Shown here: positions 36,925 through 44,286 of the stretch, piece by piece | Layout: every line of letters starts with the position of its first letter | Numbering within the stretch: the stretch's first letter is position 1 | Assembly (NCBI GenBank): GCA_020721805.1 | Contig: DYMB01000001.1 | Location: forward strand, 243,149 to 307,148 | From: Acetofilamentum sp. | GTDB taxonomy: Bacteria; Hydrothermota; 32-111 | Reading direction: 5' to 3' | Length of the DNA stretch: 64,000 nucleotides | Program-made: the position numbers and the translations under genes | Notes under the pieces: model-generated | What the model was told of the DNA's origin: nothing | The model's input: the letters and a program-made list of their open reading frames with translations, nothing else | Databases searched by the model: none

Positions 36925-37115
36925 TTCTCCTTAAAATAAAATCCCCGCCAATACCGTGTGGATTATTTGCTTGAGCCCTTAAAATAAGGGGGGTATCGTT
37001 TAGACACTTTCACACCAATTCCCAAAAAGGGAATTTTGCTGATAGTGCCATCAGATTCCCAAAACTCAAATGTTGGTTCAGCAAATTATACCATCACGAA
37101 TACAGCAGGGATATA
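36925..37115 (-). ncRNA. ssrS: Candidate 6S RNA (SsrS), ~190 nt, GC-rich structured RNA directly downstream of zapA
   Basis: A 200-nt ORF-free interval with GC content well above the local background. The predicted 5' end AUCCCUGCUGUAUUCGUG pairs with the 3' end CACACGGUAUUGGCGGGGAU as a closing stem. An apical hairpin GGGAAUCUGAU-GGCACU-AUCAGCAAAAUUCCC and asymmetric central bubble strands are present. Synteny matches E. coli zapA-ssrS. Confidence 0.4.
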
Positions 37116-37119
37116 TAAA

Positions 37120-37386
37120 CTATTCTATTTTATCTAAAATTTTATTCAGTTTATTCTCAATCTCTTCATATTTTTTTTGCAGAGTAAAATATTTGTCTAT
37201 TATATTCAAAGATGCTATCACAACGATTTTTTCATATTTCTGTCCTGTATTCTCTTTTGCTATATTTTTTATTTCCTCATTTAAAAAATCTGCAACCTTT
37301 TTGGTATATTCTTCATCGACATCAGTTTTTATGAAAAAATCTTTACCAAAAATATTTAAAGTTATTTCTTTCTGGTCATTCCCCAT
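37120..37386 (-). CDS. zapA: Cell division protein ZapA
   Basis: 88 aa. NIFGKDFFIKTDVDEEYTKKVADFLNEEI...IVVIASLNIIDKY matches the ZapA fold, followed by a C-terminal coiled coil. Confidence 0.75.
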   Translation of the reverse strand: MGNDQKEITLNIFGKDFFIKTDVDEEYTKKVADFLNEEIKNIAKENTGQKYEKIVVIASLNIIDKYFTLQKKYEEIENKLNKILDKIE

Positions 37387-37404
37387 AGTTTATATTCCCT
37401 GTCT

Positions 37405-37587
37405 TCAAAGATCCTCGATTTTTTTCAAAATCTCTTCAAGTTTTTTGATAGCTTCTTTTTCACTCGTTTCTTTTTCTTTTAATTTTTCATTTAAAAGATT
37501 CTTTTCCTTTTCAAGTTCTTTTATCCTTAAATTTGATTTTTCTATATATTCACTCAGTTTTTCAATCTTTTCAAGAAAATTGTTCAT
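37405..37587 (-). CDS. Small coiled-coil protein (ZapB-like / DUF904-like), 60 aa
   Basis: Entirely heptad coiled coil (LEKIEKLSEYIEKSNLRIKELEKEKNLLNEKLKEK), immediately upstream of zapA. Confidence 0.4.
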   Translation of the reverse strand: MNNFLEKIEKLSEYIEKSNLRIKELEKEKNLLNEKLKEKETSEKEAIKKLEEILKKIEDL

Positions 37588-37618
37588 ACATACTCCATTC
37601 TATTATCTTAAAGTATTT

Positions 37619-38305
37619 TCACCTCTTGTCAACATTTAAATTTTCTCTTAATTTTTTAGGAATGTTTTCATTTGTTATCAAAATTTCCTTCTCTGTTGTA
37701 AATAGAGAGGATGCCCCTTTATTCCCATATCCTGAAACGGTCAATCTATAATCATCTAGTTTTATTCTAAGAGAGTTAAAAATGGGAATTTCAGAACAAT
37801 AATATATTGAATCGTTGTTCACTTTTACTGGAAATACTATATAGTTGTCATTGTTTAGATTAAACGATCTCCAGTTTGTCGAATCGACATGATTTATCCA
37901 TATCATTATATTGGATATAGGTGAATCGAAAATAAAATTTCCACCGGGATTTACAAATTTGAGCGGTGTCTCACTGTTATATTGAACTTTAAAAGTATCT
38001 ATTAGATAATTATCCTTTATATTATGGAATGTTTTTATCTTTAAAGTTTCCTGTGAAGTTATATAATCTGTTTCAAGTGAAAAACCATCGGATTTTAGAT
38101 CAAGAAGCAAAAATCTTACATGGAATGAGTCGTAAGGAATAGAATCCTTAACATATTCAACAAACTGCCCTGTGGACAATGGTAATGGGTTAAAAATCCT
38201 AACCTGATTTTTTTTATCTATGCAATTTATAAAAAGCAGCAAAAATAAAAGATAACTAAACCGATTTAGCGATCTTAACAAGTTCTTTAAAAATATCTGG
38301 TTCAT
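37619..38305 (-). CDS. Hypothetical lipoprotein-like secreted protein
   Basis: N-terminal MNQIFLKNLLRSLNRFSYLLFLLLFINC resembles a signal peptide plus lipobox Cys, with a beta-rich body. The start is uncertain and the 5' end overlaps the rplT 3' end by >=24 nt in another frame. Confidence 0.4.
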   Translation of the reverse strand: MNQIFLKNLLRSLNRFSYLLFLLLFINCIDKKNQVRIFNPLPLSTGQFVEYVKDSIPYDSFHVRFLLLDLKSDGFSLETDYITSQETLKIKTFHNIKDNYLIDTFKVQYNSETPLKFVNPGGNFIFDSPISNIMIWINHVDSTNWRSFNLNNDNYIVFPVKVNNDSIYYCSEIPIFNSLRIKLDDYRLTVSGYGNKGASSLFTTEKEILITNENIPKKLRENLNVDKR

Positions 38306-38606
38306 GTATAGCCATCTCTGATAACTGTTTTCTATCAAGAAATATGTTAGATTTTTTCAATCCATTTATAAATTTTGAATATGATATATTGTTATTTCTG
38401 CAAGCTATATTGATCCTTGTTATCCATAATGATCTTGTTTCAGATTTTTTCTTTTTTCTATCCCTGTATGCATAGACCAGAGCTTTTGTTGCTGCAGATC
38501 TTGCTGATTTATATGCGTTTGATTTTTTACCGAAGGAACCTGAACTTCTTTTAATCCATTTTTTTCTTTTTTCTCTAGTTATCTGTGAATTCTTGACTCT
38601 TGTCAT
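38256..38606 (-). CDS. rplT: 50S ribosomal protein L20
   Basis: MTRVKNSQITREKRKKWIKRSSGSFGKKSNAYKSARSA...RDRKKKKS... is a clear L20. Confidence 0.92.
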   Translation of the reverse strand: MTRVKNSQITREKRKKWIKRSSGSFGKKSNAYKSARSAATKALVYAYRDRKKKKSETRSLWITRINIACRNNNISYSKFINGLKKSNIFLDRKQLSEMAIHEPDIFKELVKIAKSV

Positions 38607-38622
38607 CTCTTCCTCCTATGAA

Positions 38623-38817
38623 TTAATTGTGCAATACCATCTTTATAGATTTAACATTGGTTTTATCGACAGTGGTCCCCCTTCTTAATTTTCTTTTTCT
38701 TTTTGAAGTTTTTTTGGTTAATATATGGGACTTATAGGCTCTCTGTCTTTTTATTTTTCCCTTTTTTGTCAATTTAAATCTTTTGGCTACCGTCTTCTTT
38801 GTTTTCAATTTTGGCAT
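38623..38817 (-). CDS. rpmI: 50S ribosomal protein L35
   Basis: [36 protein letters not shown]. The true start is the internal Met of the longer ORF. Confidence 0.9.
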   Translation of the reverse strand: MPKLKTKKTVAKRFKLTKKGKIKRQRAYKSHILTKKTSKRKRKLRRGTTVDKTNVKSIKMVLHN

Positions 38818-39364
38818 TTGTTTCCTCCTGGTTTTTCTTTTTCTTTTGTCCATCCTTTATGAAAGAAAACATCTGAAAAATTCTTCTTCCTTCAATTTTG
38901 GGTTCACTTTCTGGTATAGCGATATCTGATACCATCTTCTTTACCTTTTCAAGTATTTTTGTTCCATCATCTATATGTTGCATTTCTCTACCTCTGAACT
39001 TAACAACGAATCTGACTTTATATTTTTTTTCAAAAAATTTTTTTGCCTGATTGATCTTTATTTCAAGATCATGTTCAAAAATTGAAGGCCTGAATTGAAT
39101 CTCCTTGACCTCAATCTGGTGTAGGTTTTTCTTTGCGTTCTTTTCTTTTTTAGTCAACTCATAGATATATTTCCCAAAATCCATTATTCTTACAACAGGG
39201 GGATTGGCGTTTGGAGCCACCTCTACAAGATCAAGGGATGATTCTTCCGCTTTTTTTAAAGCTTCAGAGATTGGGAGTACGCCAAGTGGTTCTCCATTCT
39301 CTCCTATCAATCTTACCTCTTTTGACTTTATCTGATTGTTTACCCTTACATTCTTTGTATTGAT
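38774..39364 (-). CDS. infC: Translation initiation factor IF-3, probable non-AUG (AUC) start
   Basis: [25 protein letters not shown] aligns to the IF3 N-domain and EGRRIFQM to the C-domain. RBS AAGGAGG (complement of 39371-39377) lies 5 nt upstream of the in-frame AUC at 39364-39362. The ORF-track GTG at 39403 lies upstream of the RBS. The 3' end overlaps rpmI by 44 nt. Confidence 0.8.
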   Translation of the reverse strand: MNTKNVRVNNQIKSKEVRLIGENGEPLGVLPISEALKKAEESSLDLVEVAPNANPPVVRIMDFGKYIYELTKKEKNAKKNLHQIEVKEIQFRPSIFEHDLEIKINQAKKFFEKKYKVRFVVKFRGREMQHIDDGTKILEKVKKMVSDIAIPESEPKIEGRRIFQMFSFIKDGQKKKKNQEETNAKIENKEDGSQKI

Positions 39365-39473
39365 ACATACCTCCTTTAAAAAAATAAAAGGTGGCAAAAC
39401 CACCCTTCTTTAATTTTCATTTTTAGCCTCTTTGCTAACGCTTAAGGCGAGAAGCGGTGTTTTGCTTCTTCTT

Positions 39474-41414
39474 TTATAGGTTTTCATAGAAAAGTTTCAA
39501 AAACTCTTCTATACTCTTTTTTCCAACATCACCTTTACCTTTTATCCTAACGCTAACTTTATTTTCATCACTCTCTTTTTTACCTACTATAAGCATAAAA
39601 GGTATATTTTCCTCTTCACATCTTTTTATCTTATTGTTTATCTTTTCGTTTCCATCGTCGATTTTATATCTTATATTCTTTTCATAAAATATTTTACCTA
39701 TATTGTTTGCATAGTCAACAGAATTGTTTGAAATCGTTAAAATAGCTATTTGTACGGGTGAAAGCCATAATGGAAATTTGCCAGCATAATTTTCGATCAA
39801 ACCACCTATAAACCTTTCAAGTGAACCCAACAATGCTCTATGTATCATATAAACATAATGCTCTTTGTTGTCTTTATCAACAAAAGTTACATTGAACCTT
39901 CTTGGAAGGTTAAAATCGAACTGTATAGTTGGTCCCTGCCATTTTCTTCCAATTGCATCTTCAAGTTTTATATCTATTTTTGGTCCGTAGAATACAGCTT
40001 CTCCAGGCATCTCTTTAAATTCAATTCCCTTTTTAAAAAGTATATCTTTTAAACTGTTTTGGGCAAACTCCCATTCTTCTAAAGTACCAGCGTATTTATC
40101 TTTAAAATTGATATCCATCGTTGATAGTTCGACATCAAACTTCTTATAACCAAATTTTTGAATCATAAAAACTGCAAAATCGTATACTTTCTCAATTTCA
40201 TCTTTCAACTGTTGGGGTGTGCAGAATATATGGCCATCATCCTGTGTAAATCCTCTTACTCTTAACAATCCATGTAATGTGCCACTTCTTTCATACCTGT
40301 AGACAGTTCCAAGTTCAGCAAATTTAACTGGAAGATCTTTGTATGAATGTAACTTTGTCTGATAAAGAAGTATATGCAATGGACAATTCATAGGTTTTAA
40401 AACATATTCCTCATCATCTATCTTAAAAATATACATATTCTCCTTGTAAAAATCATAATGCCCAGATGTTTTCCAGAGGTTTGCTTTTGAAATATGTGGA
40501 GTTATAACAAGTTTGTAACCTCTTTTTAAATGTTCATCTTTCCAGAACCTTTCTATTATATCCCTTATGATTCCTCCATTTATGTTCCAGAAAACAAGCC
40601 CAGGACCTGATTGATCGAATATGTTGTAAATGTTTAACTTTTTGCCCAGAATTCTATGATCCCTTTTTGATGCTTCTTCTATTTTGATCAAATGGTTTTC
40701 AAGCATGCTTTTTTCTGGGAAGGATATACCATATATTCTTGTTAGCATCTCTTTCTTTTCATCCCCTCTCCAGTATGCACCAGCAGAGGAGAGTAGTTTG
40801 AAATGTTTTATATAGCCTGTTGATGGGAGATGTGGGCCTCTACATAGATCAACGAATCTATAATCGAACCTCTTTGAATAGTTTTCATAATAGGTTAAAT
40901 TTTCAGATTCTATATTCTCCACAAGTTCAACTTTAAATTTTTCACCCAGTTCTTTATACTTTTTTAAAAGTTCTTCTTTTTTTATTTCAACCCTTTTGAA
41001 TTGAATATTTTCTTGAACAAGTTTTGCCATTATATCTTCTATCTTTGCAATTTCGTTTTCTGAAAATTTGTAATCTATAAATTCAAAATCATAATAGAAT
41101 CCAGATTCTATTGAAGGTCCTATAGCAAGTTTCACATATTTATCATCACCTTTAATTTCTTTTATAAAAATTTTTACAGCCATAGCGAGAAGATGAGATG
41201 TTGAATGCCAGAAAATCTCTCTACCTTTTTGTAAATAAAAATCAACCAGTGTTATGATGGAAGAATCTTCAATCTCTCTAGAAAGATCGAATAAAAAATT
41301 ATTCTTCTCAAAAGCGAAAAAATTCTCTGCTGAAAAATCTTTTGAATCTTTTAAATAATCCAGACAGGAATATCCTTTTTTATAATCGAAATCTTTACCG
41401 TTAATTTTTATCAT
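39474..41414 (-). CDS. thrS: Threonyl-tRNA synthetase
   Basis: TGS domain (MIKINGKDFDYKKG), class II core (HRALLGSLERFIG; motif 3) and anticodon-binding domain. The ORF-track start at 41474 would overlap tRNA-Val, so the Met at 41414 is preferred. Confidence 0.9.
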   Translation of the reverse strand: MIKINGKDFDYKKGYSCLDYLKDSKDFSAENFFAFEKNNFLFDLSREIEDSSIITLVDFYLQKGREIFWHSTSHLLAMAVKIFIKEIKGDDKYVKLAIGPSIESGFYYDFEFIDYKFSENEIAKIEDIMAKLVQENIQFKRVEIKKEELLKKYKELGEKFKVELVENIESENLTYYENYSKRFDYRFVDLCRGPHLPSTGYIKHFKLLSSAGAYWRGDEKKEMLTRIYGISFPEKSMLENHLIKIEEASKRDHRILGKKLNIYNIFDQSGPGLVFWNINGGIIRDIIERFWKDEHLKRGYKLVITPHISKANLWKTSGHYDFYKENMYIFKIDDEEYVLKPMNCPLHILLYQTKLHSYKDLPVKFAELGTVYRYERSGTLHGLLRVRGFTQDDGHIFCTPQQLKDEIEKVYDFAVFMIQKFGYKKFDVELSTMDINFKDKYAGTLEEWEFAQNSLKDILFKKGIEFKEMPGEAVFYGPKIDIKLEDAIGRKWQGPTIQFDFNLPRRFNVTFVDKDNKEHYVYMIHRALLGSLERFIGGLIENYAGKFPLWLSPVQIAILTISNNSVDYANNIGKIFYEKNIRYKIDDGNEKINNKIKRCEEENIPFMLIVGKKESDENKVSVRIKGKGDVGKKSIEEFLKLFYENL

Positions 41415-41428
41415 ACAATTTATAACAT

Positions 41429-41502
41429 TGGGCGGTACTGGAGTCGAACCAGTGACCTCTTGCATGTCAAGCAAGCACTCTGACCATCTGAGCTAACCGC
41501 CC
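41429..41502 (-). tRNA. tRNA-Val (anticodon GAC)
   Basis: Reverse complement GGGCGGUUAGCUCAGAUGGUCAGAGUGCUUGCUUGACAUGCAAGAGGUCACUGGUUCGACUCCAGUACCGCCCA; anticodon loop UUGACAU. Confidence 0.9.
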
Positions 41503-41504
41503 CT

Positions 41505-41576
41505 CGTCTCCAACGGGAGTTGAACCCGTGTCGCAGCCTTGAAAGAGCTGTGTCCTAACCACTGGACGATGGAGAC
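41505..41576 (-). tRNA. tRNA-Glu (anticodon UUC)
   Basis: Reverse complement GUCUCCAUCGUCCAGUGGUUAGGACACAGCUCUUUCAAGGCUGCGACACGGGUUCAACUCCCGUUGGAGACG; anticodon loop CUUUCAA. Confidence 0.88.
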
Positions 41577-41577
41577 A

Positions 41578-42069
41578 TTATTTGTTTTTATGTGTTTTAA
41601 AATATATATTTCTAAAAACTTCGTTTTCCAGAAGAGCATCGTTTATTAAAAACCAGTTTTCAACTTCTCTGTTTGTACTTGCTATCCTCTCAGCGAGAAC
41701 CTCTGAAAGATTTAAGAAAAGTTTTGCTGCAATTTTACTGGAACCGTTTACAAGTTCTTCAATATTATCTCTTGAGATAACATAAAGATCCAGAATCGTA
41801 TTTGAAAGAACATTTGCTGACCTATATTCACCTCTTAAAATTCCCATCTCTCCAAAAAAATCACCTCTGCTTAGTGTTGCAAGATGAATTTTTTTACCTT
41901 TTCTTTCAATGAAAATTTCAACCTCACCATTTTGAATCAAAAAAAGTTCATTACCCCTATCTCCCTCTTTAAAGATAAAAACATTTGGTTGAAATCTTCT
42001 TATTTTCATAAAGGAAAGAAACCGGTCAATTTCATCTTTTTCAAAATTTGTAAAGAGCCTTGATTGCAT
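41578..42069 (-). CDS. Stand-alone cyclic-nucleotide-binding (cNMP/CAP-family) domain protein, 163 aa
   Basis: cNMP-binding beta-roll motifs IFKEGDRGNELFLIQNGEVEI and GDFFGEMGIL, with no HTH. RBS AGGAGA 5 nt upstream of the ATG. Flanked within 1-22 nt by tRNA-Glu and tRNA-Lys. Confidence 0.75.
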   Translation of the reverse strand: MQSRLFTNFEKDEIDRFLSFMKIRRFQPNVFIFKEGDRGNELFLIQNGEVEIFIERKGKKIHLATLSRGDFFGEMGILRGEYRSANVLSNTILDLYVISRDNIEELVNGSSKIAAKLFLNLSEVLAERIASTNREVENWFLINDALLENEVFRNIYFKTHKNK

Positions 42070-42091
42070 AAAAATCTCCTTAGATATAGTT

Positions 42092-42164
42092 TGAGCCGTA
42101 CTGGATTCGAACCAGTGACCCCCTGCTTAAAAGGCAGATGCTCTACCTACTGAGCTAACGGCCC
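42092..42164 (-). tRNA. tRNA-Lys (anticodon UUU)
   Basis: Reverse complement GGGCCGUUAGCUCAGUAGGUAGAGCAUCUGCCUUUUAAGCAGGGGGUCACUGGUUCGAAUCCAGUACGGCUCA; G2-U71 wobble, anticodon loop CUUUUAA. Confidence 0.88.
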
Positions 42165-42184
42165 AAAAAATTTTAGGAAAAATT

Positions 42185-42212
42185 ATTATATAAATTATTT
42201 TAAAATTGTCAA
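42185..42212 (-). promoter_or_regulatory. Consensus sigma70 promoter (TTGACA, 16 nt, TATAAT) on the minus strand for the tRNA-Lys/cNMP/tRNA-Glu/tRNA-Val operon
   Basis: -35 TTGACA is the complement of 42207-42212. -10 TATAAT is the complement of 42185-42190. Predicted transcription start ~14 nt upstream of the tRNA-Lys 5' end. Confidence 0.5.
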
Positions 42213-42436
42213 TAGAAATTTTTTCATTTCATATTTTTTTCTACACCATATTATAAGGATAATATTAATAATTATAAAAAATGAAACATTATTTAAGTAT
42301 ATCTTTTTTTAAGAGTTAAGAGTTAAAACTTTTAAATAACAATTTCACCTATATTTCTTATAAAAATTTTTTGACAAAGATATGTTGATTTTTTCGCTAC
42401 TTAGAAAAATTAAAAGTTTTTTTTGAAAAAAATCTC

Positions 42437-42464
42437 TTGACAAAAATAAAAAAAAGAATATATT
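42437..42464 (+). promoter_or_regulatory. Sigma70-like promoter (TTGACA, 16 nt, TATATT) driving a short transcript
   Basis: TTGACA at 42437-42442 and TATATT at 42459-42464. A strong terminator lies ~60 nt downstream. Confidence 0.4.
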
Positions 42465-42470
42465 GTTCTA

Positions 42471-42531
42471 AATACCAATCTCATATTCCCTCCCTAACCG
42501 GTTGGCCTCGCTTCCAACCGGGTTTTTTTTT
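42471..42531 (+). ncRNA. Predicted ~60-nt small RNA with C-rich (UUCCCUCCCU) single-stranded region ending in an intrinsic terminator
   Basis: An ORF-free transcript bounded by a promoter and the terminator CCGGUUGG-CCUCGCUU-CCAACCGG + U9 (42498-42531). The CCUCCC motif is complementary to Shine-Dalgarno GGAGG. Confidence 0.35.
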
Positions 42532-42572
42532 ATGGTGAGATATGATCGTAATAAACTTATAAGTTCTATACT

Positions 42573-42600
42573 TGACAACTAATGAAATATTGTTATAATA
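42573..42600 (+). promoter_or_regulatory. Sigma70 consensus promoter (TTGACA, 16 nt, TATAAT) for the yceD-rpmF-plsX-fab operon
   Basis: TTGACA at 42573-42578 and TATAAT at 42595-42600. The ORF-track start at 42582 would lie inside the promoter, so the Met at 42609 is preferred. Confidence 0.5.
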
Positions 42601-42608
42601 AAAAACTT

Positions 42609-43049
42609 ATGATAGAGATAAATGTATTATCTTTACCTGTTGGAATTTCAGAACAGAAGTTTCAATGGGTAATAAGAAAAGATGAATATGATTTTTTTAA
42701 TGAGGATGTTTACATAAATGGATTTTTTCATATAAACAATATTCATGGCAGACAGATAGAATTTAATGGAAAAATAGAGTTTGAAATTCAACTTGTCTGC
42801 GATAGGTGTTTGAAAAAGTTTAAAAAAAAAATTGAGGAGAATGTCATTTTTATATTAAAAAAAGATTATATAGGAGATGATATCGATATTATAAGTTTTA
42901 ACGATTTTTATTGCAATATAACTGATTTTGTAAAGGATCTGGTTATAACATCACTACCAATTAAGGTTCTTTGTGATGAAAACTGTAAAGGAATCTGTCC
43001 TGGATGTGGTGTTAACCTGAATGAAGAAAAGTGTAAATGTAATCTTTAG
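42609..43049 (+). CDS. yceD: YceD/DUF177 family protein (23S rRNA accumulation protein)
   Basis: C-terminal CDRC...C..C..C..C Cys cluster. Conserved position immediately upstream of rpmF-plsX. Confidence 0.7.
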   Translation: MIEINVLSLPVGISEQKFQWVIRKDEYDFFNEDVYINGFFHINNIHGRQIEFNGKIEFEIQLVCDRCLKKFKKKIEENVIFILKKDYIGDDIDIISFNDFYCNITDFVKDLVITSLPIKVLCDENCKGICPGCGVNLNEEKCKCNL

Positions 43050-43057
43050 GAGGAAAA

Positions 43058-43243
43058 ATGTCTGTTCCAAAAAGAAGAAATTCAAGAACAAGAGGTAGAA
43101 AGAGAAGAACACACTGGAAACTTTTTAAACCATCTCTTACGGTTTGTTCACACTGTGGAGCTTTAACAAGAGCACATGCAGTGTGTCCTTCCTGTGGTTA
43201 TTATAAAGGGAAAGAATTTATAACTATTAAAAAAGAGGTATAA
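43058..43243 (+). CDS. rpmF: 50S ribosomal protein L32
   Basis: MSVPKRRNSRTRGRKRRTH...CSHCG...CPSCGYYKGKE is L32 with a zinc ribbon. RBS GGAGG lies upstream. Confidence 0.92.
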   Translation: MSVPKRRNSRTRGRKRRTHWKLFKPSLTVCSHCGALTRAHAVCPSCGYYKGKEFITIKKEV

Positions 43244-44286
43244 TGAGAATAGTTCTTGATGCTATGGGAGGAGATGTTGGAATAAGTGTAAACATGGCTG
43301 GTGCATACATAGCATCAAAGAGATTGGAAAAGAGTGATACTATAATTTTTGTTGGTGATAAAGATAAAATATATAATCTACTAAAACAAAAATATGAAGA
43401 TTTTCCCATAAAATATGAGATAGTTGGTTCAGAGAATGATATATCTATGGATGATTCTCCAACATGGGCTCTACTCAACAGAGAAGATTCTTCAGTCTCA
43501 AAGGGTCTTGATATTATAGGTAAAAAAGAAGCGGATGCTTTCTTTTCACCAGGAAATACTGGTGTTGTGCTAGCCTTTACATTAAAAAAGGTTGGAAGGA
43601 TAAAGGGTGTGATAAGACCAGCCCTTGGATTCACTTTTCCTATTGGAAAACATCCATTGATTCTAGATCTTGGTGCTACACCTGATCCCAAACCAGAAAA
43701 TCTTTATCAGTTTGCTTTGATCGGAAAAGAATATATGAAGATTATGAGAAACATCAAAGATCCTTTGGTTGGTTTATTGTCCATAGGAGAGGAAGATTCC
43801 AAAGGTTCGGTAATATATCAAAAAGCTTTTGAACTTATACAGAATGATAAATCTATAAACTTTTATGGTAACATAGAAGGTGGTGATTTTTTTACCGATA
43901 AGGTGGATATCATAGTTACCGATGGTTTTACAGGTAATATAATATTAAAGTTTGCTGAGGGTATGATCCACTGGGTTAAAGATAATTTAAAAAATTCTTT
44001 AAGACCTTTTCCTTTGGCACTCACAGGTCTTATTTTATCCTCTCCGGGAATTTTAGGTTTACCTTTCTTTTATTTTTCAATAAAAAAATTTTTAAGGAAA
44101 GCCAGTTATGATGAATATGGAGGAGCACCTCTTCTTGGAGTTAATGGGGTTGTTCTTATAGGACATGGTAAATCGAATCCAAAAGCTGTTGCGAGCGGTA
44201 TTTTAAATGCAAAGTATATTGCATCAGGAAAACTTGTTGAAAATTTAAAAGAAGTTTTTGAAAGGAGTAATAGTGAAGAAGATTAA
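43243..44286 (+). CDS. plsX: Phosphate acyltransferase
   Basis: MRIVLDAMGGD N-terminus and GNTG motif. TAATG overlap with rpmF. Confidence 0.9.
   Translation: MRIVLDAMGGDVGISVNMAGAYIASKRLEKSDTIIFVGDKDKIYNLLKQKYEDFPIKYEIVGSENDISMDDSPTWALLNREDSSVSKGLDIIGKKEADAFFSPGNTGVVLAFTLKKVGRIKGVIRPALGFTFPIGKHPLILDLGATPDPKPENLYQFALIGKEYMKIMRNIKDPLVGLLSIGEEDSKGSVIYQKAFELIQNDKSINFYGNIEGGDFFTDKVDIIVTDGFTGNIILKFAEGMIHWVKDNLKNSLRPFPLALTGLILSSPGILGLPFFYFSIKKFLRKASYDEYGGAPLLGVNGVVLIGHGKSNPKAVASGILNAKYIASGKLVENLKEVFERSNSEED

Noticed and set aside
35964-37639. + strand ORFs of 165, 89 and 189 aa (S/F/I-rich) antisense to rny, zapA and the ZapB-like gene
   Set aside because: Low-complexity mirror translations of K/E-rich coiled-coil genes. 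They have no RBS and are fully overlapped by well-supported genes.
41412-41474. Extended thrS start at 41474, and a possible T-box leader upstream of thrS
   Set aside because: The extension overlaps tRNA-Val (41429-41502). thrS follows the tRNA by 14 nt, which leaves no room for a T-box. The Met at 41414 gives the canonical TGS-domain N-terminus.
42582-42608. Longer yceD ORF starting at 42582
   Set aside because: That start would lie inside the TTGACA/TATAAT promoter (42573-42600). The downstream Met is preferred.
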